Source: a virus
Lineage: Duplodnaviria; Caudoviricetes
Length of the DNA: 64,000 nt
Strand: one strand, 5' to 3'
IMG/VR virus record: IMGVR_UViG_3300042282_000085
A program made the position numbers and the translations under genes. Under the pieces are notes generated by a model. That model was not told where the DNA came from. It was given only the letters and a program-made list of their open reading frames with translations, and searched no databases. The first letter of the stretch is position 1. The number at the start of each line of letters is the position of its first letter. Of the stretch, positions 21,218 through 31,561 are shown piece by piece.

Positions 21218-22207
21218 ATGTCATTATTCCCATTCGACCCCACAGGGCGACTGAATGCCAACCGCATTCAAAACGAAGCCCATACGGTCACCGCGATCAA
21301 CGGCGTCGACCACAACTATTTGATACCGGTAAATGCCCCTTTCTTTAATGAAAGCATGACCGTTATCAACCTCGCTACAGGTGAGGCCCTGACCGAAAAC
21401 GAAGACTTCTATTTCGGCTACAGTTTCGCACAGGCAACCGAACAAACGGGGAAAGCAATCTCCGGTGCGATTGTCTTCATCGACCCGGATTTGACCGGCC
21501 AGTTTTACCTGAACTATCAGACACTGGGTGGTGAGTATGTCGATGAGGAAACACGCGCCATTGAAGATGGTCTAGACGCCCTGGATCGGCTGCTGAACCC
21601 AGATTGGAGTGATCTGGTTAACGTACCGGCTGTGTTTCCGCCAACCCCCCATATGCTGCGCTTGGATGAGGTGGTGGGTGTTGCTGAAATCATTGCACGA
21701 CTGGATGAGATCGAGATTGCACTGCGTGATGATCCCCGCCGCATTACAATGGGGGATATTGTCGATCTAGAAGAATCCTACACGGGACCGCTGCTCAATA
21801 GCCTAGGTGAAATTGCACAAGCCATCGAGCAGATTACCCAAGCGTCCGCCATTCACTATGTCGAAGACAATACGGTTACCCGTAACAGTGACATTATTGA
21901 TCCGTTACCGGATACCTGGTATCCCACGGGGGCGACCGTAACCATAGCGAAATCGGGCACGTACCATCTTACCGTATCCGGTAACCCCAGGGTACTGGGC
22001 AGTGTGATTCCAATTGAGGCAGTGCTGCGTTTTACGGTGGACGGCGTCCCAGTGTCCCAGTCCATCCTATCCACTACTGTTATTGGTCTGACCGCTGGAC
22101 AGCAGGTTGCCGTTGACGTAATTGCTCTGGGTGCAGGAGGGACACGTATCGCAACGAGTGGCCCCACTTATGGCTGTGGATTAACCCTACTAAGAGTGAG
22201 TGACTGA
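21218..22207 (+). CDS. Tail/baseplate fibre-anchor protein (FDPTG..N.I..E.H family)
   Basis: N-terminal domain paralogous to 22200 and 33586 (DP[TS]G, E.H, YQ[TA]LG, P.P.H). Confidence 0.7.
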   Translation: MSLFPFDPTGRLNANRIQNEAHTVTAINGVDHNYLIPVNAPFFNESMTVINLATGEALTENEDFYFGYSFAQATEQTGKAISGAIVFIDPDLTGQFYLNYQTLGGEYVDEETRAIEDGLDALDRLLNPDWSDLVNVPAVFPPTPHMLRLDEVVGVAEIIARLDEIEIALRDDPRRITMGDIVDLEESYTGPLLNSLGEIAQAIEQITQASAIHYVEDNTVTRNSDIIDPLPDTWYPTGATVTIAKSGTYHLTVSGNPRVLGSVIPIEAVLRFTVDGVPVSQSILSTTVIGLTAGQQVAVDVIALGAGGTRIATSGPTYGCGLTLLRVSD

Positions 22208-23897
22208 TATGGCCGCACAGGATTATAAATACGACCCCAGTGGTCAGAGTCCCGAGAATACAATAGAGGGCGAGGTTCATCCGCTATCGGCCTCAGTCGG
22301 GGTATTCCCAACCGCGGGCCCATTTTTCCGACATACGTTATCGGTAGAAGGAAGCTACGATGGAGTACGATTCACACCTCTGACCGCCCGTATCGACTAC
22401 CGTTTCTCCCCGCTATTTATGCGCCCCAGTGCCGATCTGGGACGGGAAATTAACAGCTACATTGTTGTACATGGTGACTGGCAGTACGTTCGCCTTAGCT
22501 ACCAAGCCTTAGGGCAGTATGAGGACGTGGCGCTACTTACAGAAGTGGCACGATTAAACTTTAATCGCCGTGACCCCAGAGCCTGGACACAGATACGAGC
22601 ACAAGGCATCATTGACCCCTCTTCATTTAATCGAGAGTGGAAAGGGCTAGGTGAGGCCGAAGCCGTAAGTCAGGGCTTCGTAAAGATAAAGGATGCCATT
22701 GAGCGGTTAAAGGGACAAGGCGATAAGGCAACCCTGGAGCAGGTGACAGCGCTAGAGCTACGTCAGACCGAGGTAGAGACGCTGGTGGATGGCTCTGAAG
22801 CAAACGTCAGTGACCTGATGGCAGAGTTTGCTAACCTGTGGGAGCTTTACCATACGTTGGAGGATTACTTCCTTCATGGTGGACAGGGCAATACGCATTA
22901 CCCTGAAGGGTATACGTATAACTCAGACGGTGCCTTAGACGTTCATACGGTAGTCCACGGGCTAAATACCGATGAAATACACTGTGACTTCTGGCAGTTG
23001 GATCTGGATGGGAACTATGTGCCCTTCGAGGGTCAGGTTCGAATCGCAGACGTTAACCAGATTGAGTTAACAATCGGTACCCCTACCAAAGTCATCGGCG
23101 TAGTAAGGCCTGCCTCGGACTTTGGATACGTCTATACGGCAGATACTGAAAGCTCAGTGCACACCGTGGCACATAACTTGGATACCGGGTTTCCGGCTAT
23201 AAGTGTATGGCGTCAAAGTTTGGACGGGTGGGTCAAGGATACACAGTATACCGCGACGCTGGTAGACGGTAACACCATCACCGTATCGAGGATACAACCG
23301 GCTGTCCTCCGCGTCGTAGTAGAGCCGCCAACCCCTAGAGCCTTCATATTTAAAGCCCAGGATCCTGCACTGCGGCACCTGATTACCCATTATTTACGTT
23401 GTCAGTATTTTACACTGACGTTATGGGTTAAAGGGAGTGATGGGGACTTTAAAGAGATTGCGGGTGAGCCTTCGGTAGTCCTACCGTCCTTAAACCATCT
23501 GGATGTGGAACTCACTACAGCCAGTGAAGTGAAGGCGGTATTGCATCCGGTTGGGCTAACTGAGGTTAACTTCGATCAGGATCTTCAGGCTAAACAAATT
23601 GAGCTTGAAGATACGCAGTCTCGTATAGAGGCTCGGTTAACACAGATTACCGAGGCCATTGACCTTCTCTCGATTGTCACAACGTATGAGTACGACTCTA
23701 GTGCACCGAGTTTGGTGCATACAGTTACCCATAGTTTGGACTCGGTATTTGTAGAGGCCACAGTGTGGGTAGATGATGGAAATGGGAACTTCCAAATTGA
23801 GTACCCTACGATTACAGGTCTGGATAAGGATCGAATTATCGTTTCATTGACCGAGAGTGCCAACGTACATGTGATGGTACGTCGCGGCAGGGTATAA
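22200..23897 (+). CDS. Fibre-anchor protein with four H-x-V-x-H-x-L repeats
   Basis: YDPSG N-domain; VHTVVHGLNT, VHTVAHNLDT, RHLITHYLRC, VHTVTHSLDS; coiled coils. Confidence 0.7.
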   Translation: MTDMAAQDYKYDPSGQSPENTIEGEVHPLSASVGVFPTAGPFFRHTLSVEGSYDGVRFTPLTARIDYRFSPLFMRPSADLGREINSYIVVHGDWQYVRLSYQALGQYEDVALLTEVARLNFNRRDPRAWTQIRAQGIIDPSSFNREWKGLGEAEAVSQGFVKIKDAIERLKGQGDKATLEQVTALELRQTEVETLVDGSEANVSDLMAEFANLWELYHTLEDYFLHGGQGNTHYPEGYTYNSDGALDVHTVVHGLNTDEIHCDFWQLDLDGNYVPFEGQVRIADVNQIELTIGTPTKVIGVVRPASDFGYVYTADTESSVHTVAHNLDTGFPAISVWRQSLDGWVKDTQYTATLVDGNTITVSRIQPAVLRVVVEPPTPRAFIFKAQDPALRHLITHYLRCQYFTLTLWVKGSDGDFKEIAGEPSVVLPSLNHLDVELTTASEVKAVLHPVGLTEVNFDQDLQAKQIELEDTQSRIEARLTQITEAIDLLSIVTTYEYDSSAPSLVHTVTHSLDSVFVEATVWVDDGNGNFQIEYPTITGLDKDRIIVSLTESANVHVMVRRGRV

Positions 23898-24065
23898 ATA
23901 GCTTACTTACCCGCTCCTCTATGGGGCGGGTAAGGGCTATACCTATTTATTAAAAATCACAGATAATATAGCGGGTCACAGTTACTTTACATTCCGTTAT
24001 TTGGGCCCCTCGTAGAGTGACTCCGCTTAGTAACATCTTCCAATTTCATATCTGAGGATATTCTC

Positions 24066-25562
24066 ATGGCATTTCGTAAACATCACGGTATTACGCTGGC
24101 GAACAACAGCTGGATCGAAAACATGCATGTTGAGCGCCTGGCAGCCGATCCGAGCCCGCTGGTCGCAGGTCGTCTCTGGTACAATGAGACCGACAAACTT
24201 CTGCGCTTCTCTACCCTGGATGCCGGCGGCGCCGTCATCATCCGCGCTATCGCCTCTGCTGAGCAGCTGCAGAGCGAAATTACTAACCTGAATACCACCC
24301 TGACCACCTACGTAGACGACGAAATCGCCCTGGTCCAGGGTCAGGTAGATGCGCTGGGTAATGCGTTCAACTACGTTGGCGTACTGCCGGCACAGACCGG
24401 TGTAACCGGCACTGGTACCGATATCGACCCGTTCGTACTGGACGGTATGTCACCTGGATTCAAAGATGCCGGTGATTACTACAAGGTCACTCAGTCTGGT
24501 TACTATCAGTTTGGCGCTACTGCAGCCATCTACGTTGATGTAAACGATGGCCTGGTATTCAACACCGCCGGTTCCCTGGACCGCATCAACAACCAGCAGT
24601 CTGATGTTGCTGGTACTACTGATGAAGTAGTGGTGACTGGTTCTGTTGAAACAGGTTTCGTTGTCTCTATCGCTCAGGCGATTAAGGACTCTATCGCCGC
24701 TAATGCCCAGGCAGTAGTGGACGAGGCGTCCCGCGCCCAGTCTGTAGAAGGTGACCTGGTTAACCTGACCACCACCGACAAAACCAACCTGGTTGCTGCT
24801 GTAAACGAAGTAGACGCTAACGCTGATGCTAACGCTACCGCTATCGCTCAGGAAGTAGCTGACCGTACGGCCGCTGACGTAGTCCTGCAGGGTAACATCG
24901 ACGCTGAAGCTACTGCCCGTGGTGACGCTGATGCCCTGATTCAGGGTGAGTTGGATGCCACTCAGGCTGGTGCCGGTCTGGGTACCGATGGCGCCTACGT
25001 TGCTAATGCAGCAGCTAACTACATCGCTACCGCTACTAGCCTGAAGGGCGCTGATGACGCACTGGACGCTGCACTGAAGGCCGAAGCCGATCGTGCCGCT
25101 GCCGCTGAAGCTGTTAACGCTCAGGCTATCGCTGATGAAGTGACCCGTGCCACTGGTGCTGAGGGTACCCTGCAGGGTAATATCGATGCCGAAGCTCAGG
25201 CTCGTGCAGCTGCTGATGGCGACCTGACTACTTTGGCTACCACTGATAAAACCAACCTGGTTGCAGCAATCAACGAAGTACTGGGTCTGGCCGGCGACGG
25301 TACTGACGCCCTGAAGACCGCTATCAACGGTAAGAAGGCCATCTACACTGCCGCTACTGCTCAGCTCTCACATACCTTCAACCACGGTTTCGCTGGTTCT
25401 GACCTGGTCGTTACTGTACTGGTGTACGATAACTCTAACAGCAAGTGGTACAACGATTCTGTACTGGTTGAAGTGGATCCGGCCACCACTACCGTCACTG
25501 TACCGTTGCAGGTTGCGGCCATCGTCAAGATCATCGTTGAAGATCTGTCTGACATCGCCTAA
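24066..25562 (+). CDS. Long coiled-coil fibre protein, probably abundant
   Basis: Ala-rich heptads, duplicated TTDKTNLVAA[VI]NE and LQGNIDAEA; strong codon bias; C-terminal HTFNHGF domain. Confidence 0.75.
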   Translation: MAFRKHHGITLANNSWIENMHVERLAADPSPLVAGRLWYNETDKLLRFSTLDAGGAVIIRAIASAEQLQSEITNLNTTLTTYVDDEIALVQGQVDALGNAFNYVGVLPAQTGVTGTGTDIDPFVLDGMSPGFKDAGDYYKVTQSGYYQFGATAAIYVDVNDGLVFNTAGSLDRINNQQSDVAGTTDEVVVTGSVETGFVVSIAQAIKDSIAANAQAVVDEASRAQSVEGDLVNLTTTDKTNLVAAVNEVDANADANATAIAQEVADRTAADVVLQGNIDAEATARGDADALIQGELDATQAGAGLGTDGAYVANAAANYIATATSLKGADDALDAALKAEADRAAAAEAVNAQAIADEVTRATGAEGTLQGNIDAEAQARAAADGDLTTLATTDKTNLVAAINEVLGLAGDGTDALKTAINGKKAIYTAATAQLSHTFNHGFAGSDLVVTVLVYDNSNSKWYNDSVLVEVDPATTTVTVPLQVAAIVKIIVEDLSDIA

Positions 25563-25646
25563 GGCCTAGACGCCTGATACAGAGGACGGGCCCTTAGGGG
25601 TCCGTCCTTTGCTATTTAGTCTGTCAGACGAATACGGAGAACCCAC

Positions 25647-25862
25647 ATGGTACCCTACCCCTACAAGGACCCTGCGTATTTTACAACTGTAGACGCCGTT
25701 TTGGAGGAGATTGATCGAATTCTAGCCCACCTAGAGTCCCAGACGGTTAATATCGACGACTATACTCGGGAGACAGACCAACTCGTGTGGTATGGTAACC
25801 AGGTACAGTGGTTAAAGTTGTACTACGAACGTGCCGAGAGGTTGATGTTAAATGAATCATAA
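25647..25862 (+). CDS. Hypothetical protein
   Basis: GGAG RBS, after a hairpin at about 25582-25608. Confidence 0.6.
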   Translation: MVPYPYKDPAYFTTVDAVLEEIDRILAHLESQTVNIDDYTRETDQLVWYGNQVQWLKLYYERAERLMLNES

Positions 25863-26061
25863 TTTGTCGGGTCATTTTAAACAATGGTTCCAAGTTTCAC
25901 GTACACAACTCGATGAAATTCGCGCCTCTCGTGAAACTGCACCTGTAGAGGTACAACTAACACAGCTGCGACAGCAGTACAGTCGCATGGCACATATACT
26001 CCGAGTCTGTCAAGGAAAGGCGTATTTTGTTGGCGTGCCCCGTATTACATTGAACAATTGA
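25852..26061 (+). CDS. Hypothetical protein
   Basis: Overlaps the upstream stop; GAGG RBS. Confidence 0.55.
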   Translation: MNHNLSGHFKQWFQVSRTQLDEIRASRETAPVEVQLTQLRQQYSRMAHILRVCQGKAYFVGVPRITLNN

Positions 26062-26071
26062 GGACACACGT

Positions 26072-26992
26072 ATGACACGTTCATTGCAGTTTTTGAGCTC
26101 CACCCAGTACACTGAGGTTGCAGCTCTGCCGGATAATCCGACGGTTGGTCAAACCGCCTTCATGAATGGCATTCTCTACATCTATGCCAGTCTGAATGGC
26201 GTTACGACCTGGTTCCCGCTGAACCAACCCCAGTCGTTCTACATCCATAGCCAGGGTCTGGCCAAACTGACCTGGGAAATTCACCATAACCTGGGTAGCC
26301 GCGATGCGATCATTGCGGTCTATGACATGGATAACCGCATGATGGATGCGGACATTCAGCATATCCAGAATACCGAAACCGGCGAGTGGTATATTGTTGC
26401 AACCTTTACAGAAGCTGTTATGGGATACGCGGTGGTCTTTGGCCGTGAGAATATCTCTGCACCTTCTGTCGATGCTCAGGTCATTAACGCGACCGATGGT
26501 ATTTACGTCGGCGGTGTCTCCGTGGCACTGGAAACCGATGTTGGTTTGTTGCTGCTGGAGCTGGACAAGAAGGTCGCCACGCTCGATATTGAAGATACTG
26601 TTACCTCTACTGACGCTACCGTACCGTTGTCTGCCAACCAAGGTCGCGTGTTGAAAGGGCTGATCGACAATATCAATGCCCTGTTGGCGTCTGACGACAC
26701 CACGTTGGATGAACTCCAGGAAGTGGTCAACTTCATCAAACAGAACAAGGCCACCTTGGATAGTCTGGGCATCTCCAGCATTGCAGGTCTTCAGGATGCG
26801 TTGGATACACTGACCAACAACTTGGCAACCGAAGTGAGTCGTGCGACCGGTGCGGAAGCTACCCTGCAAACTAACATTGATGTCAAGTTGGATAAAACCG
26901 GCGTAGCAGCCGATTCCAGTAAGTTAGGGAATCTGCCTGCCTCGGATTACATCACTGTCCACGATACCATCGATATGGGTGAGATTGCATAA
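26072..26992 (+). CDS. Tail-fibre-related protein
   Basis: WEIHHNLGS domain; PLSANQGRVLKGLID and DDTTLDELQEVVNFIK fibre motifs; ends IDMGEIA. Confidence 0.7.
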   Translation: MTRSLQFLSSTQYTEVAALPDNPTVGQTAFMNGILYIYASLNGVTTWFPLNQPQSFYIHSQGLAKLTWEIHHNLGSRDAIIAVYDMDNRMMDADIQHIQNTETGEWYIVATFTEAVMGYAVVFGRENISAPSVDAQVINATDGIYVGGVSVALETDVGLLLLELDKKVATLDIEDTVTSTDATVPLSANQGRVLKGLIDNINALLASDDTTLDELQEVVNFIKQNKATLDSLGISSIAGLQDALDTLTNNLATEVSRATGAEATLQTNIDVKLDKTGVAADSSKLGNLPASDYITVHDTIDMGEIA

Positions 26993-27038
26993 CACCTAGT
27001 GCCGGGGATACTGTCCCCGGCTTTTAAGGAGCCTATAC

Positions 27039-27695
27039 ATGCATTGTGAGTTATTACGTGGTACTGAGAAGATACGAGGGCCTCTACCCTATAAGCCCGC
27101 AATGCTGGCTAAGGTGTTTGCCCGATTGGGACTAAAGTTCCCGCCTTTACCGCAAACCTTAACGGCTCCGGTCTCTGATCTCAGTGCCACCCATACCCTT
27201 TACCCTGTTACAATTAACAAACCACCCGCCTCTCGGCAGGAGGACAGTGTCCTAGCCAGCCGTACTGTGGATGCGAATGGTGTTACCTATACGTACAATA
27301 CAGTACCCCGTAACTATGATGCACTTAGATTACAGCTAAAGGAACGCATTTCGGGACGCCATGCCCTCTATGAGCTCAATTACGTAACCTTTGATTCGGT
27401 TGCAATTAAAGCCGACCTAGAAGCCCGTATTAATGCTGCTGAAATCGTGGAGAGTTTTCAAAAAGGTAAAATCAACAGCATTAAGTGGCGCGGTAAGAAT
27501 GGCAAGATAACGGTTGAAAGCATCGAAACCATGCAGGCTATCTATGACACTATCTTCCGGTACCTGCATATAGGGTTTGCGGCTAAAGAGATCGCAGAAG
27601 ACACGGTTGATACCTCTAGTGATGCAGAGTTGGTATCTTTAGATCCGATTGCTATATTCGATACCGCCGTAACGACCTTAGAGTCTGTAATGTAG
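27039..27695 (+). CDS. Tail-fibre assembly chaperone-like protein (DUF4376-like)
   Basis: Paralog of 31562 (MxCE..R, DLEAR.NA, W.G, MQA.YD..F.HL..GF.AKE). Confidence 0.6.
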   Translation: MHCELLRGTEKIRGPLPYKPAMLAKVFARLGLKFPPLPQTLTAPVSDLSATHTLYPVTINKPPASRQEDSVLASRTVDANGVTYTYNTVPRNYDALRLQLKERISGRHALYELNYVTFDSVAIKADLEARINAAEIVESFQKGKINSIKWRGKNGKITVESIETMQAIYDTIFRYLHIGFAAKEIAEDTVDTSSDAELVSLDPIAIFDTAVTTLESVM

Positions 27696-27707
27696 GAGGA
27701 TGGATGA

Positions 27708-28436
27708 ATGAGACGTTCCCATGGTTTTAGCTTCCTACCGGGTGCGCGGGCGAGGAATTTCAGAGTAGATCGGTATCCGGTCTCACCCGAAGACCTTCTA
27801 GAAGAAGGACGCGTGTGGTATGGAGAAGATGACGACACCCTGCGGTACAGTAAAACAGAAAGTGGCCTATTGGTTCCACGCCGAGTGTTAGATTCTGAAC
27901 CCAAGTGGGCGGACTTAACCGCACCGATTAATCCCGACAGTGGGGTAGGGGTTAGTACCCCAAGCTGGGAAGCATTTAGGGGTGACTTTTCGGCAATGCT
28001 GTTTTTGTCAAATAAGAGTCAATCGGTTCAGGTGGCCTTCCACATTAACCACGACTATGCACTGGGTACCGAGATCTTCCCTCATGTCCATTGGACCAAT
28101 AAGGTACCTGGTGAAACAGGTACAGTGCGGTGGGGGGTTGACCTGCTAGTGGCGCAGGGTCACCAACAAGATAACTTCAATGGTGTGATTGACACGATCT
28201 ACATCGAGCAAGCTGGGGTAGGGGGTACCTTGGACCATATGGTGGCCGAGTCTACGGTAGGATTCTATGACCCGCGACTGGAACCCGATACATTGGTGTA
28301 TTGTCGAATATTCAGAGACTCCGGTCACCCGAACGATACCGCCGGTAACGTGTACGGGCTTACGATAGATGTACACTATCAGCTCGATGACGTGGGTACT
28401 CCATCTAAGTCGCCTGACTTTTACGCGCGTAATTAA
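27708..28436 (+). CDS. Virion protein sharing its N-terminal domain with 24066
   Basis: RRSHGF..NFRVDR..GRVWY..DTLRYS versus RKHHGI..NMHVER..GRLWY..KLLRFS. Confidence 0.6.
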   Translation: MRRSHGFSFLPGARARNFRVDRYPVSPEDLLEEGRVWYGEDDDTLRYSKTESGLLVPRRVLDSEPKWADLTAPINPDSGVGVSTPSWEAFRGDFSAMLFLSNKSQSVQVAFHINHDYALGTEIFPHVHWTNKVPGETGTVRWGVDLLVAQGHQQDNFNGVIDTIYIEQAGVGGTLDHMVAESTVGFYDPRLEPDTLVYCRIFRDSGHPNDTAGNVYGLTIDVHYQLDDVGTPSKSPDFYARN

Positions 28437-28499
28437 TCCTTTCAATGACTAGGCCCTACGGGTGACTGGTTGCTATAAAGGGACATATGAGGCCTTATT

Positions 28500-29330
28500 A
28501 TGTTTCAATTCGAGAACATCCAATTCAAGCGTGGTGATAAAGCCACGAACGATGCGTACGTAGGGAAACCCGGTACCATCTCCATCGACCGTGAGTCCAT
28601 GAACGTCCGTGTGCACGATGGTGTGACACCGGGCGGTTTATTCAGTGTAACCCGGGGCGCTGCCTTTGATGAGTTGGCGGCAGAGTTTATTGTTGCCAGC
28701 GATAGCTTTACAGCGACCATGGGTCAAACCGTTTTTACCTTGACCAATGTAAGTCTGGAGAACCCAGACCGTGTGAAGGTTAAGATCAACGGCATGCAGA
28801 CCAACAACTGGGTGGTCAGTGGCGTTAACCGCATTACGGTGAACGACAGTATTCTGATCAACGACACCATTTTGATTTACCAGTACCGTACGCTGGATGA
28901 TGTGGTCAGTGCAGCGGTTGAAGGTATGGACGTTGAGGCACTGCTAATTAGCATGCTGGAGTCTGTAACCAACATCGGTGGCATTAACATTGATGACATC
29001 CTAACCGTTAACAGCACAGGTGCCTTTGAGCAGATGGTGGTGGATGCGATTGGTTCTGCTTTGGGTGAGTCGGGTAGCTTGGCTAACTTGGTAACCACAG
29101 ACACCTTGCAGTCTGCGATTAATGGCATAGACATTACGGCTGCTGTTCGTCGCGTACTGGACGGTATTCCTGATGTCGATTATCCGATTACCCATGTACT
29201 GACTACTGCGGATAACATTGACCTAGGTCACATGGAGTTTGTCTTTGACGGTAACGAGTCTCTGGACCCCAGTGTCCCGAACGATACGCTGACTGTCTTT
29301 GACCGCATTGACTTTGGTATCGTGAACTAA
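28500..29330 (+). CDS. Mtd N-terminal-domain protein without CLec domain (possible adaptor)
   Basis: IQFKRG..AYVGKPGTISID..VRVHDGVTPGG resembles the Bordetella phage Mtd N-terminus (QFRGG..FTG..EITVD..VHDG.T.GG). Confidence 0.7.
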   Translation: MFQFENIQFKRGDKATNDAYVGKPGTISIDRESMNVRVHDGVTPGGLFSVTRGAAFDELAAEFIVASDSFTATMGQTVFTLTNVSLENPDRVKVKINGMQTNNWVVSGVNRITVNDSILINDTILIYQYRTLDDVVSAAVEGMDVEALLISMLESVTNIGGINIDDILTVNSTGAFEQMVVDAIGSALGESGSLANLVTTDTLQSAINGIDITAAVRRVLDGIPDVDYPITHVLTTADNIDLGHMEFVFDGNESLDPSVPNDTLTVFDRIDFGIVN

Positions 29331-29348
29331 GGTTAGAGGTGACAATCG

Positions 29349-29801
29349 ATGGGATTTCTATATGAAGGTGAGGATATAGGGCGGTATATCGAAATCCGGG
29401 ATGGCCGTGAAACGTTCGTGGTCACACGGGAGACCATTCGAGACGTTAAGGTAGTGCCTACCGATATCGTACTACCCGACCACTGGAAAGGTAAGGCCTT
29501 TTACCGATTACGGATGGACTTTGATATTTTCGGTACGCTAATACCGAAGCACTACACCTCAGACGGTGCCAGTGTACCCAGGCTGTTCTGGTCCCTCTAT
29601 CCGCCGGTAGGGCGCTACCTGTTAGCGGCCTTTTTGCATGATTGGAAATTGGACCAGCGTCATGGATGGGACGAATCAAACCGTGCCTTTGATGAAGCTA
29701 TGCGTCACATCGGTATCGCGCGTCGCCGTCATTGGGTAATCATGCGCTCGGTTCAATTAAACGGGTGGGTACAATCCACCTTTTTTGGGGACCCTAAATA
29801 G
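29349..29801 (+). CDS. DUF1353-family protein
   Basis: IPKHYTSDGASVPR..W, AAFLHDW. Confidence 0.8.
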   Translation: MGFLYEGEDIGRYIEIRDGRETFVVTRETIRDVKVVPTDIVLPDHWKGKAFYRLRMDFDIFGTLIPKHYTSDGASVPRLFWSLYPPVGRYLLAAFLHDWKLDQRHGWDESNRAFDEAMRHIGIARRRHWVIMRSVQLNGWVQSTFFGDPK

Positions 29802-29810
29802 GAGAGCTCA

Positions 29811-30176
29811 ATGAAACGACATATCGCAGGCTTCTTATTCGTCGCGGCTGTATCGTTGGTGTTACCCGCGTGCACTACATCCCAACCGGCTGTATTGGAA
29901 GACGGGTACCAGCTCGGGGATGCCTCTAAAGTAGTCGCCGGGGAAGCTTTTAATTTAATGATGCTGCGGTACCGATATTGTTATACGTATGCCCCTGAGT
30001 CCAGGGACGCTATCCTGGAGATTATTCAGGCCTTCTATCCGGAGTATCCCACTGAAGGGATTTGTACGGATATGGGTGATCTGGTAAAGCAATTGAAGGG
30101 TGTGGATGCTACTACACTCGAAAAGGCATACGACCTACCGAAGGATATCGACCACGAGTCAAGTGGGTTAGAGTAA
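29811..30176 (+). CDS. Lipoprotein (paralog of 58712-59074)
   Basis: Lipobox LPA-C; DGY..GD, YC, P.YP..GICT shared. Confidence 0.7.
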   Translation: MKRHIAGFLFVAAVSLVLPACTTSQPAVLEDGYQLGDASKVVAGEAFNLMMLRYRYCYTYAPESRDAILEIIQAFYPEYPTEGICTDMGDLVKQLKGVDATTLEKAYDLPKDIDHESSGLE

Positions 30177-30304
30177 AGGACACTAATTCACGTTTTACAG
30201 GGTGGCTCTACTGTAACCCTCTGACAGAAAATTGCAGTGGAGGAACTACCCTGCCGTTTTAAAATAGCCCCTTGATTAACCGTTAGTAACTGTAGGAAGG
30301 ACTT

Positions 30305-31375
30305 ATGGCCTTAAAACAAATGAGCGGTGTGGTTACGTGGAAGCGCTTTACCACGAACAGCATCGAAACGTACTTGGGTAAGCCGGGTGAACCGATTGTC
30401 GACATGCGCACTGGTGAGCCGGCAATTCGTTTATGTGATGGATTGACACCGATGGGTCACCCAATTGGGGTTATTCCAACGTTGACTGGTGTGGCACGCC
30501 CTATCATTATTAGCCCGGTTAATAATGCTACAGATGTCGATACCTCACCGGTGATTACTGCCAGTCAATTTAACGGCATTAACGGCGACGGCAGTATCCC
30601 AACACATGCGGCGACTATCTGGAACATTGCAACGGATGCCGCCTTTACCCAGATGACGTATAATAGTGGTGAAACGGCACTGAATAAAACGACACTGGAT
30701 CTTTCCAGTGTAGGAGTAACACTGGAGCAAGGTAGTGTTTACTATATACGCGTAGCGTATAAGAGTGACAGTGGTGTGGTGTCCGACTGGAGTGCTACCG
30801 TTAAGATTACGACCAGTACTATGGGAATTGGCACAGTACTACCGGACGGTGGTATCGTTTTCGGTCAGGAAGGGGGCGACTGGCTGGTAGTAGCCCCGGC
30901 TTCACAGCGTACGACTAAAATGTGGGGACTCTACGGTACCGATACCAGTCTTCCAAACTGGACGAGTGGCAGTGGGACTACTACTACCCCTACTGACCCT
31001 AACTCATCAGAGTACAATACTGACGTACTGACGAGTCCTACTTATAACTCCATTAACGATGGACAGGGTAGTATCGGCTCACCCGCTGCAGAGTACTGCC
31101 GTAGTCTAGGGTACGACTTACCCAATGCGAGGGATCTGCAGCTTATTTACAATAATCGAGCTCAGATCGATGCAGCGGACTCTAGTGGAGGCGGTGCCAC
31201 ACTCTCCGCTATTCAATCTGGCACTGCACCCGGCTCCTCCACGACGTACGTCTGGTCCTCTACCGAGTACGGTTCCAACTTCGCCTGGTACCTGCTCTTT
31301 GGCAATGGGAATTGGTACAACATCAACAAGAACGTCAGTATCTGGGTAGTGCCTTTCCGGAGAATACCCGTTTAA
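30305..31375 (+). CDS. Mtd-like receptor-binding protein, DGR target 1 (Mtd_N + Ig/Fn3-like + CLec with VR)
   Basis: N-terminus KRFT..YLGKPGE..RLCDGLTPMG; RP.I.SP..YYIRVAY..SDWS; C-terminus YVWSSTE..WVVPFRRIPV. Confidence 0.85.
   Translation: MALKQMSGVVTWKRFTTNSIETYLGKPGEPIVDMRTGEPAIRLCDGLTPMGHPIGVIPTLTGVARPIIISPVNNATDVDTSPVITASQFNGINGDGSIPTHAATIWNIATDAAFTQMTYNSGETALNKTTLDLSSVGVTLEQGSVYYIRVAYKSDSGVVSDWSATVKITTSTMGIGTVLPDGGIVFGQEGGDWLVVAPASQRTTKMWGLYGTDTSLPNWTSGSGTTTTPTDPNSSEYNTDVLTSPTYNSINDGQGSIGSPAAEYCRSLGYDLPNARDLQLIYNNRAQIDAADSSGGGATLSAIQSGTAPGSSTTYVWSSTEYGSNFAWYLLFGNGNWYNINKNVSIWVVPFRRIPV
31247..31363 (+). repeat. DGR variable repeat copy VR1
   Basis: Three-way alignment with VR2 and VR3; invariant 3' end TGGGTAGTGCCTTTCCGGAGA. 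Confidence 0.9.
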
Positions 31376-31435
31376 ACGGGTATTCACTTTTAATACCGAG
31401 TCACAGTGAGTGTCCTTTAAAGGACACTGCTTTTA

Positions 31436-31524
31436 GGGCTTGCCCTTTGTAGGGCTGCCCTTACTACCCTTACTCCATTTAAAAGCCCTACAGGCCACCC
31501 AGGCCCTTTGTAGGGACTGGGTCC
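31436..31524 (+). repeat. 89-nt non-coding element, copy 1
   Basis: Near-identical to 33328-33416; contains two GCCCTTTGTAGGG hairpin units. Confidence 0.85.
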
Positions 31525-31561
31525 AAATTTACAATACTTCTTTCATAAAAGGATTATTCCA

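Noticed and set aside
24700-25300. Internal repeats in the fibre gene as a mobile or array element
   Set aside because: They are in-frame coiled-coil protein repeats typical of fibres.
26081-26869. 262-aa antisense ORF and the many other short overlapping ORFs in the track
   Set aside because: These are shadows of well-supported genes on the opposite strand or in another frame. The similar antisense ORFs at 6746, 31118 and 33062 simply reflect the VR repeats.
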